This document shows, in pieces, positions 26,509 through 35,436 of a DNA stretch of 64,000 nt. The position numbers and the translations under genes are program-made. The DNA lies in IMG/VR virus record IMGVR_UViG_3300017792_000001, positions 168,697-232,696 of that record. One strand, given 5' to 3'. The stretch comes from a virus (Duplodnaviria > Heunggongvirae > Uroviricota > Caudoviricetes). The notes below the pieces were generated by a model, which ran no database searches, was not told the DNA's origin, and saw nothing but the letters and a program-made list of their open reading frames with translations. The first letter of the stretch is position 1. Every line of letters begins with the position of its first letter.

Positions 26509-27633
26509 CTAGTACAGTTTGAAACCGTTCGCGATATTGCGCAGAGTTTCTGTGGGTTGCAGCACACGGGTAGACACGCTCCATTCCAAGCGGCGTTTGT
26601 CTGCCGTAGCATTCTTGTCTTTGTCTCGCACCTTGAGCGCGAGGTTACGCGACTTCATAATGATGATGTCACCCGGCTCAATCTCGGAAAGAGTAGGCGG
26701 CAGGATCATCGTGATGTCACCGATAGTCACCAGACGTTCATAGTCCAGTGCAGCCTGTTCAGGACTCATGTTCGCACGCAGCTTCGGAATGTCCAGATCA
26801 AACTCAATTACGACGTGAGTGAAGCAATTGGCTTGGATGATGAACTCAACCTCACGACCAGCGCGATCACGGAAGTCGGAGGTTGTCATGCGTTCGCCGT
26901 CGGTGCGCAGCAGATGGTCCTCAACCAGATACACGAGGTTGTCACGCACGCTCACGGTTACCGTCTTGAAATACTTTGGCACGGTAGTCCTGAACTTCAC
27001 GAACCCAGGAACTTTCGGATCGTGCTTCTCAATGGTGTGCGGCGCCTTCTGCGTGTTGACACGGAAGCCATTGCTTTCTTCGATGTCATAGTTGGTGAAC
27101 AGGTAGCGCTGCTTGCCGTATGCCTTGTACGGGGGTTGAAAGCCCGTGCGATAGCAGATGCCGCAGTCGATACCACCACCGCCGAGAAACCCATCACCGT
27201 ATGCAGAGTCACCGTCAGCTGGTTCTTCAATCTCATGGAAGATGTGCGCCTTGTCACCGCTGACATCCAACACATGATCGTTGTCGTCGTTGTAAATCTT
27301 CTCGGCAAGACTCTCACCGAAGATGTCTGTCTCCTGAAAGCGCACCTTGCCACCTTTCGTGGTGCTGTCTTTCGTGGGGATCACTGGTGCGATGTTGCTG
27401 TCCTGCTCGTCGAGCATTACAGGTTCCACCGCCGTCTTCTCGCAAGTGCAGGGAATGCCTACCTTGGTCTGAATGTGGTAGTAGTCAATCTCCACAGAGT
27501 CCACGTACAGGCTGTTCATCACCTGTTGGTTGAACGGCTCTACTGCTTCGTCCAGACGTTTCTGGGCCGACTCTTGCGTGAAGTTGCGGGCATGCCGCCG
27601 TTGAATCGTATTGCCACCGCGTTTGAGTGCCAT
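26509..27633 (-). CDS. Hypothetical protein with CxC...CxxC motif (possibly virion-associated)
   Basis: 374 aa, GGGAG RBS; PCTC and CGICYRTGF. Confidence 0.75.
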   Translation of the reverse strand: MALKRGGNTIQRRHARNFTQESAQKRLDEAVEPFNQQVMNSLYVDSVEIDYYHIQTKVGIPCTCEKTAVEPVMLDEQDSNIAPVIPTKDSTTKGGKVRFQETDIFGESLAEKIYNDDNDHVLDVSGDKAHIFHEIEEPADGDSAYGDGFLGGGGIDCGICYRTGFQPPYKAYGKQRYLFTNYDIEESNGFRVNTQKAPHTIEKHDPKVPGFVKFRTTVPKYFKTVTVSVRDNLVYLVEDHLLRTDGERMTTSDFRDRAGREVEFIIQANCFTHVVIEFDLDIPKLRANMSPEQAALDYERLVTIGDITMILPPTLSEIEPGDIIIMKSRNLALKVRDKDKNATADKRRLEWSVSTRVLQPTETLRNIANGFKLY

Positions 27634-27722
27634 GATTATCTCTCCCAGTATGAAGGTAAATTACTGCCGTAACATCGAACCTTGATATGCTTATTTCGAT
27701 TGCATATTAAAGGAGTAGTGCT

Positions 27723-28388
27723 ATGCAACTACGAATACTTACAATGGATCCAGGCACTGCGAACTTCGCGGTCGCCATCATGTTGATCAGTTACGTTGAC
27801 GGTGTGTTTCGTTTCAAGTGCGAAGGCACTGCGATGCTGGACAAGCGCCGTCTCCTCAAAGATATGAAGACCATGCGCGCCTCACTCCTTATTTTCGAGG
27901 AGTATGTGCAACCGCTGTTCAGCAACGGCAAGTTTGATGCGTTCGTGGCTGAGCGCTTTCAAGCACGGGGCGGCAAAGGCCCTACAATCGAATCCGTGAA
28001 CTGCATGTTGGGCCGCATGGCTGGCATGAGTACAGACGCCGAGATTCCAGATGCGGACTTCGTGACTGCTGGTGTGTGGAAGAACGAGTTCAACCGCAAC
28101 GGCGACCTCAAGGAAATGTACGAGGATCACAAGGAACTGCGTCGCGACAAGACCAGACCGCACATCCAGATCCACCAACTGGATGCGTGCCTGCTTGGTA
28201 TCTACCGTGCTTGCAAGATACTTGGCATCAAGCCATTCTCGTTCATCACGTCGCGAGATAAGGAAGCCAAACTGCTCAAGATTCTGGACAGCGCACCAGA
28301 ACTCCGTTGCTTGGCCGAACCTCTGCCTACACTTCGCCGAGCTCCAAAGAAGAAGCGGAAGACAAAAGCCAAAAAGTGTGCGGCGTGA
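27723..28388 (+). CDS. RuvC-like Holliday junction resolvase
   Basis: RNase H-fold motifs TMDPGTANFA, VAERFQ, WK, HQLDA; AAGGAG RBS. Confidence 0.75.
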   Translation: MQLRILTMDPGTANFAVAIMLISYVDGVFRFKCEGTAMLDKRRLLKDMKTMRASLLIFEEYVQPLFSNGKFDAFVAERFQARGGKGPTIESVNCMLGRMAGMSTDAEIPDADFVTAGVWKNEFNRNGDLKEMYEDHKELRRDKTRPHIQIHQLDACLLGIYRACKILGIKPFSFITSRDKEAKLLKILDSAPELRCLAEPLPTLRRAPKKKRKTKAKKCAA

Positions 28389-28444
28389 TTGCAGGAAACT
28401 GTTAATACCCACTAAGGAGATTTAGGTCTTCGCAGGAGGTGTGT

Positions 28445-29017
28445 ATGAAGCAGCAGTTGATTCCGTTGAAACAATGTCCGTTAGAAGAAGCCTATCAGTT
28501 CCGCACCAAATGTCGTATCACCAACTGCAAGATGTATAACGAACAAACGGTATGCAACTGTTTGGGTTTAGATACGACATTCGCGTCGAACGACAAAACC
28601 TTGAGTGACGCCGAGCTGGTGATCTACAAGTTCCCCGGCAAGAACCAACGAGAGGTTGCGTCGATCCGGAAGCGCGCAGTGAATCGGGTAAGTGCTGTGC
28701 TGGCGCTCAACCAGATTGTACAGCATGTACGAAACAAGGAAGTCCCAGAGAATGGTCTCAATAGCAGTTTCATGCGGCGATTGCCGGGTGACGCAAAGCA
28801 GTTGCTAAAGAAATCCTTCCGCTCCAAAATCTTCAAAATCAAACACCTTGACCTTGAGGTCTGGATGTTACCGTTCGTGCTCGACCGAGAGTACGCCAGC
28901 AAGATCGTGCCAGACTACGACCGCTTCGCCATTCACCTGTTGTTCAGATGGGCGCCGAAGGAGTTGGAAATCGTGACACGTTCAATCACCGAAGCGAGGA
29001 AACACCATCGTGGCTAA
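28445..29017 (+). CDS. Hypothetical Cys-rich protein
   Basis: AGGAGG RBS; several Cys in the N-terminus. Confidence 0.7.
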   Translation: MKQQLIPLKQCPLEEAYQFRTKCRITNCKMYNEQTVCNCLGLDTTFASNDKTLSDAELVIYKFPGKNQREVASIRKRAVNRVSAVLALNQIVQHVRNKEVPENGLNSSFMRRLPGDAKQLLKKSFRSKIFKIKHLDLEVWMLPFVLDREYASKIVPDYDRFAIHLLFRWAPKELEIVTRSITEARKHHRG

Positions 29018-29687
29018 GAAAGAATTTACCCTGCTTACCGTCTCCCAAGCCGAGAAGCTGAAAGATGAATCGCGCCTGTTCTGCCTGAACCGCGCCGAAG
29101 GCAACCTGAACTTCAACATCACCGACAGCGCTGGCGAACGCAAAGTCATCACCATGCCGATGACCTTCTGCCCGATCGACCTGTCGAACTTCGCCGAGCG
29201 TCCTTCGATCCTGCGTAACAGCGACTTCCGCCGTCTGGTGGCCAAGCAAGCAATCCTGCTGATCGACAACGACGAAGGCGAAGACTTCATCACCAACGAT
29301 CCGCGCGGCCGCAGCGAAACCGCCAAGATTTACGAAGTGCTGGTTGAAGGCGAAGACCCAGAGCTGGGCTACAACGACGGTCACATCGACGCTGCTGACC
29401 TGGCTTCGAAAATGGGCCTGGAATACTCCAACCCGTTCGTCAACAACATCGTTGTGCGCTCCGGCAGCGACGAAGACGGCGCCGACCTGATCAGCGAAGT
29501 AGACGGCAAGTCCCACATCCTGGTACTGGCTGACTTCGAGTACATCGCGAACCACGCGAAGAACGCCGATCTGAAAGCCTGGGCTTCGACTCAGGTTGAA
29601 GAAATGCGCCTGGAAGAAGAAACCAAGCCAGAAAGCGAAAAGACCAAGCCTGCCAAGGGCGCGGCCAAGAAGACCATCGCGGTCTAA
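29010..29687 (+). CDS. Hypothetical protein
   Basis: 225 aa, GAGG RBS, strong codon bias. Confidence 0.8.
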   Translation: MAKKEFTLLTVSQAEKLKDESRLFCLNRAEGNLNFNITDSAGERKVITMPMTFCPIDLSNFAERPSILRNSDFRRLVAKQAILLIDNDEGEDFITNDPRGRSETAKIYEVLVEGEDPELGYNDGHIDAADLASKMGLEYSNPFVNNIVVRSGSDEDGADLISEVDGKSHILVLADFEYIANHAKNADLKAWASTQVEEMRLEEETKPESEKTKPAKGAAKKTIAV

Positions 29688-29706
29688 GCTGTCTGCAAGC
29701 CAAAAG

Positions 29707-29739
29707 AAAGGGAGAGCACGTAATATGCTCTCCCTTTTT
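29707..29739. terminator. Bidirectional terminator between convergent genes
   Basis: AAAGGGAGAGCA-CGTAATA-TGCTCTCCCTTTTT. Confidence 0.8.
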
Positions 29740-29792
29740 CAGGTCTGTCATCGGTGAAAGTTTGCAGAAAAAGACCAAAAGAAAGGGAGCAC

Positions 29793-30074
29793 TTAGCTCC
29801 CGTTAATTGGATAGAGAAACATATCTAGCCTGTCATTCTTGGTGTTGAACATGATGCCGAATACCCTGCCCAATATTCGGTGGTAGTTGTGTTCCAGGTA
29901 GTCAACCCTTGTCCGTATTTCGTCGTAGTCTGCGTCAGTGACCTTCAGGCGATATTCCCAAAACAGTTCGCTCATATCCTCAAGCAGATAGTTGTGGTAG
30001 TTGCGACGTATCTCTGCTGGCGTCCGCGAACCAATGTGCAGACGCTCCATTCCTTTCAGTTCGATCTGCATCAC
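29793..30074 (-). CDS. Hypothetical protein
   Basis: 93 aa, coupled to primase. Confidence 0.6.
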   Translation of the reverse strand: MMQIELKGMERLHIGSRTPAEIRRNYHNYLLEDMSELFWEYRLKVTDADYDEIRTRVDYLEHNYHRILGRVFGIMFNTKNDRLDMFLYPINGS

Positions 30075-31105
30075 TTCACCTTGAAGACAATTTTCTTCAC
30101 CTGATCAATGATCTTCTGATCACAATTGTCCGGGTCGATCTTGATCACCTTCCCGTTCTTGTCCAGTGGCTTCGGCAGTTTGAGGTATTCACACGGCACG
30201 CCAGCAGCTTCACTGTGACGCTTGACTCGCATTGCCATGCCTTTACCTGCGGTGTCGTTATCCGGCAGTACAAACAATTTCTTGATGCCGAGTGCAATGA
30301 GCAACTGCATCTTCTTGTCGTCAAACATACCGGAACCAAGAATCGCCATGCACGGGATCTTGTTCTTCACAAGGCGCAGCCAGTCACGCGGACCTTCGAC
30401 AAGCACGATGGCCTTGGCATCATACAGGTCACGCTTGCGCATGTAGTCATAACCTAGCAGCCCGTAGCTCTTTACCCAGTCACCAGCAGTAGTCAGGTAC
30501 GACAGTCCGTTCTTTTGCTTCTCGAAGAAGGCACGCACGCCTCCACGATAGCGGCCGTTAGTGTAAACAGGAAGCACCAACATCAGTTCACCGTCTCGCT
30601 GGTTGCCGTCCATCGCACCACGACCCGCATCGTTGTAGCAGTAACCACCAACACGATGAATCAACTTCCCGCTGTACGAACGCCACTCCTGGGTTTTAGG
30701 CCAAGGGATTACTGCGTTACCCACTTCGTCAAATAGTCGCTGAATCGTCAGGTTGTTCTGGCCCATCATTTCGATGGCTTTCTTCCTGAACCGCGCTGCT
30801 TGCCCACTTGCATCGCTTTCAAACGCTTGCCACTTCTTGACCGTTTGCAGTCCAGTCTTTTCTGCAAACTTGTTCCACGATCCGCTCTCTTGACAACCGA
30901 AGCAGTAGAACGTACCGATGGGAACGTCCTGCTCTCGACTCAAGTTCACGGAGCATGATGGTGTGTTTTCATCGTGGAACGGACACTGCACATGAACGGC
31001 TGTACCCATCTGTTTGACGCGGCCGCCGTACTTGCTCAGTTCCTCCATTACCACCGTTAGATCGTCTTGAACAATGTCCGGATCGCGCTTCTGTTTCTTT
31101 GCCAT
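30071..31105 (-). CDS. dnaG: DnaG-type DNA primase (CHC2 zinc finger + TOPRIM)
   Basis: CPFHDENTPS...FYCFGC; VLVEGPRD; PDNDTAG. Confidence 0.9.
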   Translation of the reverse strand: MAKKQKRDPDIVQDDLTVVMEELSKYGGRVKQMGTAVHVQCPFHDENTPSCSVNLSREQDVPIGTFYCFGCQESGSWNKFAEKTGLQTVKKWQAFESDASGQAARFRKKAIEMMGQNNLTIQRLFDEVGNAVIPWPKTQEWRSYSGKLIHRVGGYCYNDAGRGAMDGNQRDGELMLVLPVYTNGRYRGGVRAFFEKQKNGLSYLTTAGDWVKSYGLLGYDYMRKRDLYDAKAIVLVEGPRDWLRLVKNKIPCMAILGSGMFDDKKMQLLIALGIKKLFVLPDNDTAGKGMAMRVKRHSEAAGVPCEYLKLPKPLDKNGKVIKIDPDNCDQKIIDQVKKIVFKVK

Positions 31106-31159
31106 AACCGTAGCCGAATTCGTCTAATTTCTCTTTGTTTACAGTATGGAACGAAGACA

Positions 31160-32200
31160 ATGTTTGGTGACTTGAACCCGGTAAAGTATGGTTTCAACAA
31201 CCGCGTAAAGAGCGTGAAGACTTCGCTGTTCGGTACGCTGTATGAAAAGACCATGGATGATGCCATTACAACGAAGTACGGGCGCGGGCCGGAGTACAGA
31301 CCATCTTCATTCCCGACCTGTCCCATCTTGCACATGCTGCGTTTTGCGAAAGCTGCGCATCTTGGTTACAACGAAAGCACGATGACTGCATCTGGTGGAT
31401 ACTTCACCAGCGTCGGCACCGCTGCGCATGAGAACATTCAGTATTACATCGGTCAGACCGGAAAGATCTGGGGTGACTGGAAATGCAAGAACCCAACCTG
31501 TCAAAAGCGGCATGATGCCCAGGACTTGTTTGGGGAAGACGGGAAATGCTGGCGCAAAGGCAAGCTGACCCGCAAGAACACCACGAACAACAAGTGCATG
31601 AAGTGCAAGCACCCAATGGAGTACGTGGAAAAGGAAATCATCTACAAGGGCTTGAAAGGGCACATCGACGCAATCGTCAAACTCGACGGTGGTGGCTGGT
31701 GGGTTGCCGACTACAAGACCTGCACCAAGAACAAGATCATGAAGAAGGGTAAGGATGCCCTGCCGTTCAAGGCTCACTTGAAACAAATCCCGTCGTACTG
31801 CTACGTGCTGGAGAAACGATACGGCATGGAGATTATGGGATTCTCGCTGCTCTACCTGAGTCGCGACAACCCGTTCCAGTTCTTCGAATACAGTGAGCCA
31901 TGGACTGACCGCTGGCGTGAGAAGGTCAGAAAAGTTCTCAAGGATGAAAAGCGGAAGTACCGCAGTGGCGTCAAGTCGTTCGCAACCCGTGACGTCAAGC
32001 ACGCTATTGCCAACAAACCATGCAGTTGCCTTGCCCAGTACGAGAGCGAAATCAACTTCTATGAGGAGTGCCCGCTACTCGGTATTTGCTTCAAGCCGGG
32101 ACTCGACAAGAAGCTCAAGGCGATGCTCAAAGAAACTCCATACACTGACGCGGCGCGTGACAATATCATCGCACGCCTCCCAATAGAGGTTCAACCATGA
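31160..32200 (+). CDS. Cas4-like PD-(D/E)XK exonuclease
   Basis: RPSS..CP, GTAAHE, GHID, ADYKT, QIPSY, C-terminal Cys cluster. Confidence 0.75.
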   Translation: MFGDLNPVKYGFNNRVKSVKTSLFGTLYEKTMDDAITTKYGRGPEYRPSSFPTCPILHMLRFAKAAHLGYNESTMTASGGYFTSVGTAAHENIQYYIGQTGKIWGDWKCKNPTCQKRHDAQDLFGEDGKCWRKGKLTRKNTTNNKCMKCKHPMEYVEKEIIYKGLKGHIDAIVKLDGGGWWVADYKTCTKNKIMKKGKDALPFKAHLKQIPSYCYVLEKRYGMEIMGFSLLYLSRDNPFQFFEYSEPWTDRWREKVRKVLKDEKRKYRSGVKSFATRDVKHAIANKPCSCLAQYESEINFYEECPLLGICFKPGLDKKLKAMLKETPYTDAARDNIIARLPIEVQP

Positions 32201-33024
32201 CGAAGATCAGTTTCCCACTCAAGTCCGAAGCCAACGTCAATATGTACGGGGATGGCGGTCACGGCTCGGTGCCGCAACTCCTGCCTTCTGACGAAGAACT
32301 GGCGAACATCGAGAAGCAGCGCCGCGCAGAGGAACTGGAGCTCGAAAAGAACAAGGTCAAGCAGAAGCCTGACAACAAGAAGACCAAGGACTCGGACGAA
32401 GATGGCGGTGATGTCGGCGACGAAGATGAAGACGCTGATGACGATGCCGATTCCGAAGAAGACGACGGTGAAGACGGCGATGATGCCGGTGATGAATCGG
32501 ACGATGACGAGGAAGAAGATGAAGATGACGAAGCTACGGCTAGCGCTACGGCTGGCTCACGCAAGATCCGTCGGGTCGCTATCGCAGCAGACGGTGGCTA
32601 CAACAATGTGTTCAGTGGCTTCCCTGGCGTCGGCAAATCCACTGTCTTCCGAAAAGCTGACGGCCTCGTTGTCGCAGACAGTGACAGCAGCACCTTCGAC
32701 AAGTCCGAGTTCCCTGACAACTACCTGATGCATATCCAGGAAACCCGTCCAAACGTTGACGTGCTGCTGGTGTCGAGTCACAACGTGGTGCGCGACGAAC
32801 TGGAAGAACGCGGCATCCCGTTCCATCTGGTCTATCCGACTGTTGATCAGAAAGAAGACTACATGAAGCGCTACCGTGAGCGTGGCAGCCCGCAACCTTT
32901 CCTCGATCTGATGGATCAGAACTGGGAGAAGTTTATCGGCGAATGCGCTCAGCAAGTTGGCTGCACGCACGTTGTTCTCAAGCCCGGTCAGTTCTTGGGT
33001 GACGTGATCCAAGACTACCTGTAA
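32197..33024 (+). CDS. Acidic-linker protein with C-terminal P-loop kinase-like domain
   Basis: Long D/E tract followed by SGFPGVGKST. Confidence 0.7.
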   Translation: MTKISFPLKSEANVNMYGDGGHGSVPQLLPSDEELANIEKQRRAEELELEKNKVKQKPDNKKTKDSDEDGGDVGDEDEDADDDADSEEDDGEDGDDAGDESDDDEEEDEDDEATASATAGSRKIRRVAIAADGGYNNVFSGFPGVGKSTVFRKADGLVVADSDSSTFDKSEFPDNYLMHIQETRPNVDVLLVSSHNVVRDELEERGIPFHLVYPTVDQKEDYMKRYRERGSPQPFLDLMDQNWEKFIGECAQQVGCTHVVLKPGQFLGDVIQDYL

Positions 33025-33029
33025 TCGAC

Positions 33030-33055
33030 AAGCCCTCCACTGCGAGGGCTTTGTT
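33030..33055 (+). terminator. Intrinsic terminator
   Basis: AAGCCCTC-CACTGC-GAGGGCTT-TGTT. Confidence 0.65.
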
Positions 33056-33069
33056 CGTTCGGAGGCAAC

Positions 33070-33345
33070 ATGACCAGTGAAGAACGGTTACGCGCAATTC
33101 TCGACCGATATCCGAACATCGAAGACGCTCTGCAATTCCGCCCAATGGAATCAGCACCGCTCGACCATAAGATCTGGATCATCGTCTGCACGACGCATGG
33201 TAATATAGAGCCAGCACATTACATGGCAGACGGCGACTTCAAAGATCGCTGGGGACGGGAGAACGTCCGCTTTCAATGTCTGGGCTGGCTACCATTCACC
33301 GCTGTAGCACCACAGCTTGACCATCGGTTACCTGGTCGAACGTGA
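33070..33345 (+). CDS. Hypothetical protein
   Basis: 91 aa, GGAGG RBS. Confidence 0.65.
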   Translation: MTSEERLRAILDRYPNIEDALQFRPMESAPLDHKIWIIVCTTHGNIEPAHYMADGDFKDRWGRENVRFQCLGWLPFTAVAPQLDHRLPGRT

Positions 33346-33390
33346 TACTGTAAACAGCATTCATACGAACACAACCAACGGAATACGAAC

Positions 33391-35436
33391 ATGGCGAAGA
33401 AGGCCAAGAAATCTCCGGTTGATGAAGCCGAGGTTGGCACAAAGAAACGCAAGAAGTCAGCGAGTCAAGACGGGTTCATTATTGCGGAAGGTTTGCAGGG
33501 TATCCGACTGAACCCAACCGTCTATCTCGGATCGCTCGGCCATGACATGGCATACCGCGTCGTCAAGGAAGAAGTTGACAACAGTTACGACGAAGCCGTT
33601 GCAGGTCGGAACAAGTTGATCGAGGTGATCCTCGACTATGACAATGACCGTCACATCGTGGCTGACGCCGCCGGCGGTATTCCGACCGACTACAAAAAGC
33701 TCGAAGATGGCAGCAAAGAAACGATCATGACCGCAGCGTTCACCCGAGCGCACGCCGGTGGCAAGTTCAACAACGAAGCGTACAAGACCTCGGCCGGTAC
33801 TCACGGTATCGGGGTCGCTGCCGTTAACGCTGTGTGTGAAGAACTCCGCGTCTGGTCCATGTACAACGGTCGGTGCGCTTTCCAATCGTTCGCGAAAGGC
33901 AAGATCACCACCGAAGGCAAAGACCCGATCAAGGTCAAAGCTGTGGACAAGGACGTGATGTCCCTGCTCACCATGAAGCAATCGAAGTACGGTACGATCA
34001 TCTGCGGCAAGCTCGACCAGACCATCGTGTCTGAGTCCGTGATGCGCGGGCAGAAGCTGCCGAAGGATTATGTTCACGCGATCCCACAAGCGAAGCCAAT
34101 CGCCAAGTGGTTGAAGAACATGGCGAACCTGAACCCTGGTCTGGAGATTCGTTTCTCCCTGATCAAGAAGGGCAAGCGCAAAGACTACGTGTTCATCAAC
34201 AAGAAGGACCTGTCGTGGGTTCCTCGCGCCATGTGCGAAGACCGCGAACTGGGTATGCTCGGCAAGCCACTTACTCACAAGTCGGAGCACATCAGCCTGA
34301 CCGTTGTGTGGGCAGAGCACCCGGACGCCGAGAACTTCCTGACGTTCGTGAACACCAGCCCGACTGTCGATGGCGGCTGGCACGTCAACGGCTTCGCGTC
34401 TGCCTTGATGTCTGCAATCAAGCCGTACCTGCCTGCCCCAAAGGGCAAGAAGAAAAGCACAGGCTTCTCGCAGAACGACCTGTTGATCGGCCTCACCGGC
34501 ATGTTCGACTATCGTATGCACGGTGCGCAGTACACGTCCCAGGTGAAAGACAAGCTCGCCAGCCGTGTTGACAAGTTGGTCTATGACGAACTGTTCCCCG
34601 TGATGGAGGAATACTTCAAGAACAACAAGAAGGTTGCAAACACGATCATCAAGCGCGCTCTGGTAATGACCAAAGGCCGTGAAGATCTGGCTGCAGTCGT
34701 CAAGTCCATGGCTGACGTGAAGAAGACCACGAAGGGTTCTGCCCTGCCATCGTCTCTGGCAGTCGCACCTAACTGCAAACCACATGAGCGCGAAATGTTC
34801 ATCGTGGAAGGTGACTCTGCGGCAGGTCCAGCAATCGACGCCCGTGACGCGACGTACCAAGAAGTGATGTGCGCGGGTGGTAAGCCGCTGAACAGCCTGA
34901 AAGCCACGTTGGCCAAAGTGCTGGGTCACGAAGAAGTCCAGAACATGCTGATTGGCCTTGGTGCTGACATCAAGACTCTGGATCCGAAGTCCGAGAACCC
35001 GATTCTCTCGACTGCGAACCTGCGTGTTGCGAACATCATCTTCCTCGTCGACCCGGACCCTGACGGTGGACACATCGCCGTACTGTTCCTCGCAGCGATC
35101 TACCGCTTGCTGCCAGATATGTTCAAAGAGGGTCGCGTCTGGTGTGTTCGTGCACCGCTGTATGCTGTGCTGCACCAAGGCGAACTCTACGGTGGCATGA
35201 CATTCAACGAGTGTCGCGCCAAAGCTCCGAAGGCTGTAAAAGACAAAGAGATTATTCGAATCAAAGGTTGGGGTGAAGTTGATGAAACGTACCTCGAACC
35301 AATCGCCTTCGATCCAGACAAGCGCAAACTGATTCGTCTCAACCCATTCGAGAACGCAGAACAGGCTGCCTGGTTCCGCGGCGTTGTTGCAGAAGATGCC
35401 GTGTACCGCCGTCGTTTGCTAGGGCTGGAGGACTAA
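33391..35436 (+). CDS. gyrB: Type IIA topoisomerase subunit B (GyrB/ParE-like)
   Basis: EEVDNSYDE, HAGGKF, GTHGIG, EGDSA, DPDPDGGHI, KGWGE. Confidence 0.93.
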   Translation: MAKKAKKSPVDEAEVGTKKRKKSASQDGFIIAEGLQGIRLNPTVYLGSLGHDMAYRVVKEEVDNSYDEAVAGRNKLIEVILDYDNDRHIVADAAGGIPTDYKKLEDGSKETIMTAAFTRAHAGGKFNNEAYKTSAGTHGIGVAAVNAVCEELRVWSMYNGRCAFQSFAKGKITTEGKDPIKVKAVDKDVMSLLTMKQSKYGTIICGKLDQTIVSESVMRGQKLPKDYVHAIPQAKPIAKWLKNMANLNPGLEIRFSLIKKGKRKDYVFINKKDLSWVPRAMCEDRELGMLGKPLTHKSEHISLTVVWAEHPDAENFLTFVNTSPTVDGGWHVNGFASALMSAIKPYLPAPKGKKKSTGFSQNDLLIGLTGMFDYRMHGAQYTSQVKDKLASRVDKLVYDELFPVMEEYFKNNKKVANTIIKRALVMTKGREDLAAVVKSMADVKKTTKGSALPSSLAVAPNCKPHEREMFIVEGDSAAGPAIDARDATYQEVMCAGGKPLNSLKATLAKVLGHEEVQNMLIGLGADIKTLDPKSENPILSTANLRVANIIFLVDPDPDGGHIAVLFLAAIYRLLPDMFKEGRVWCVRAPLYAVLHQGELYGGMTFNECRAKAPKAVKDKEIIRIKGWGEVDETYLEPIAFDPDKRKLIRLNPFENAEQAAWFRGVVAEDAVYRRRLLGLED

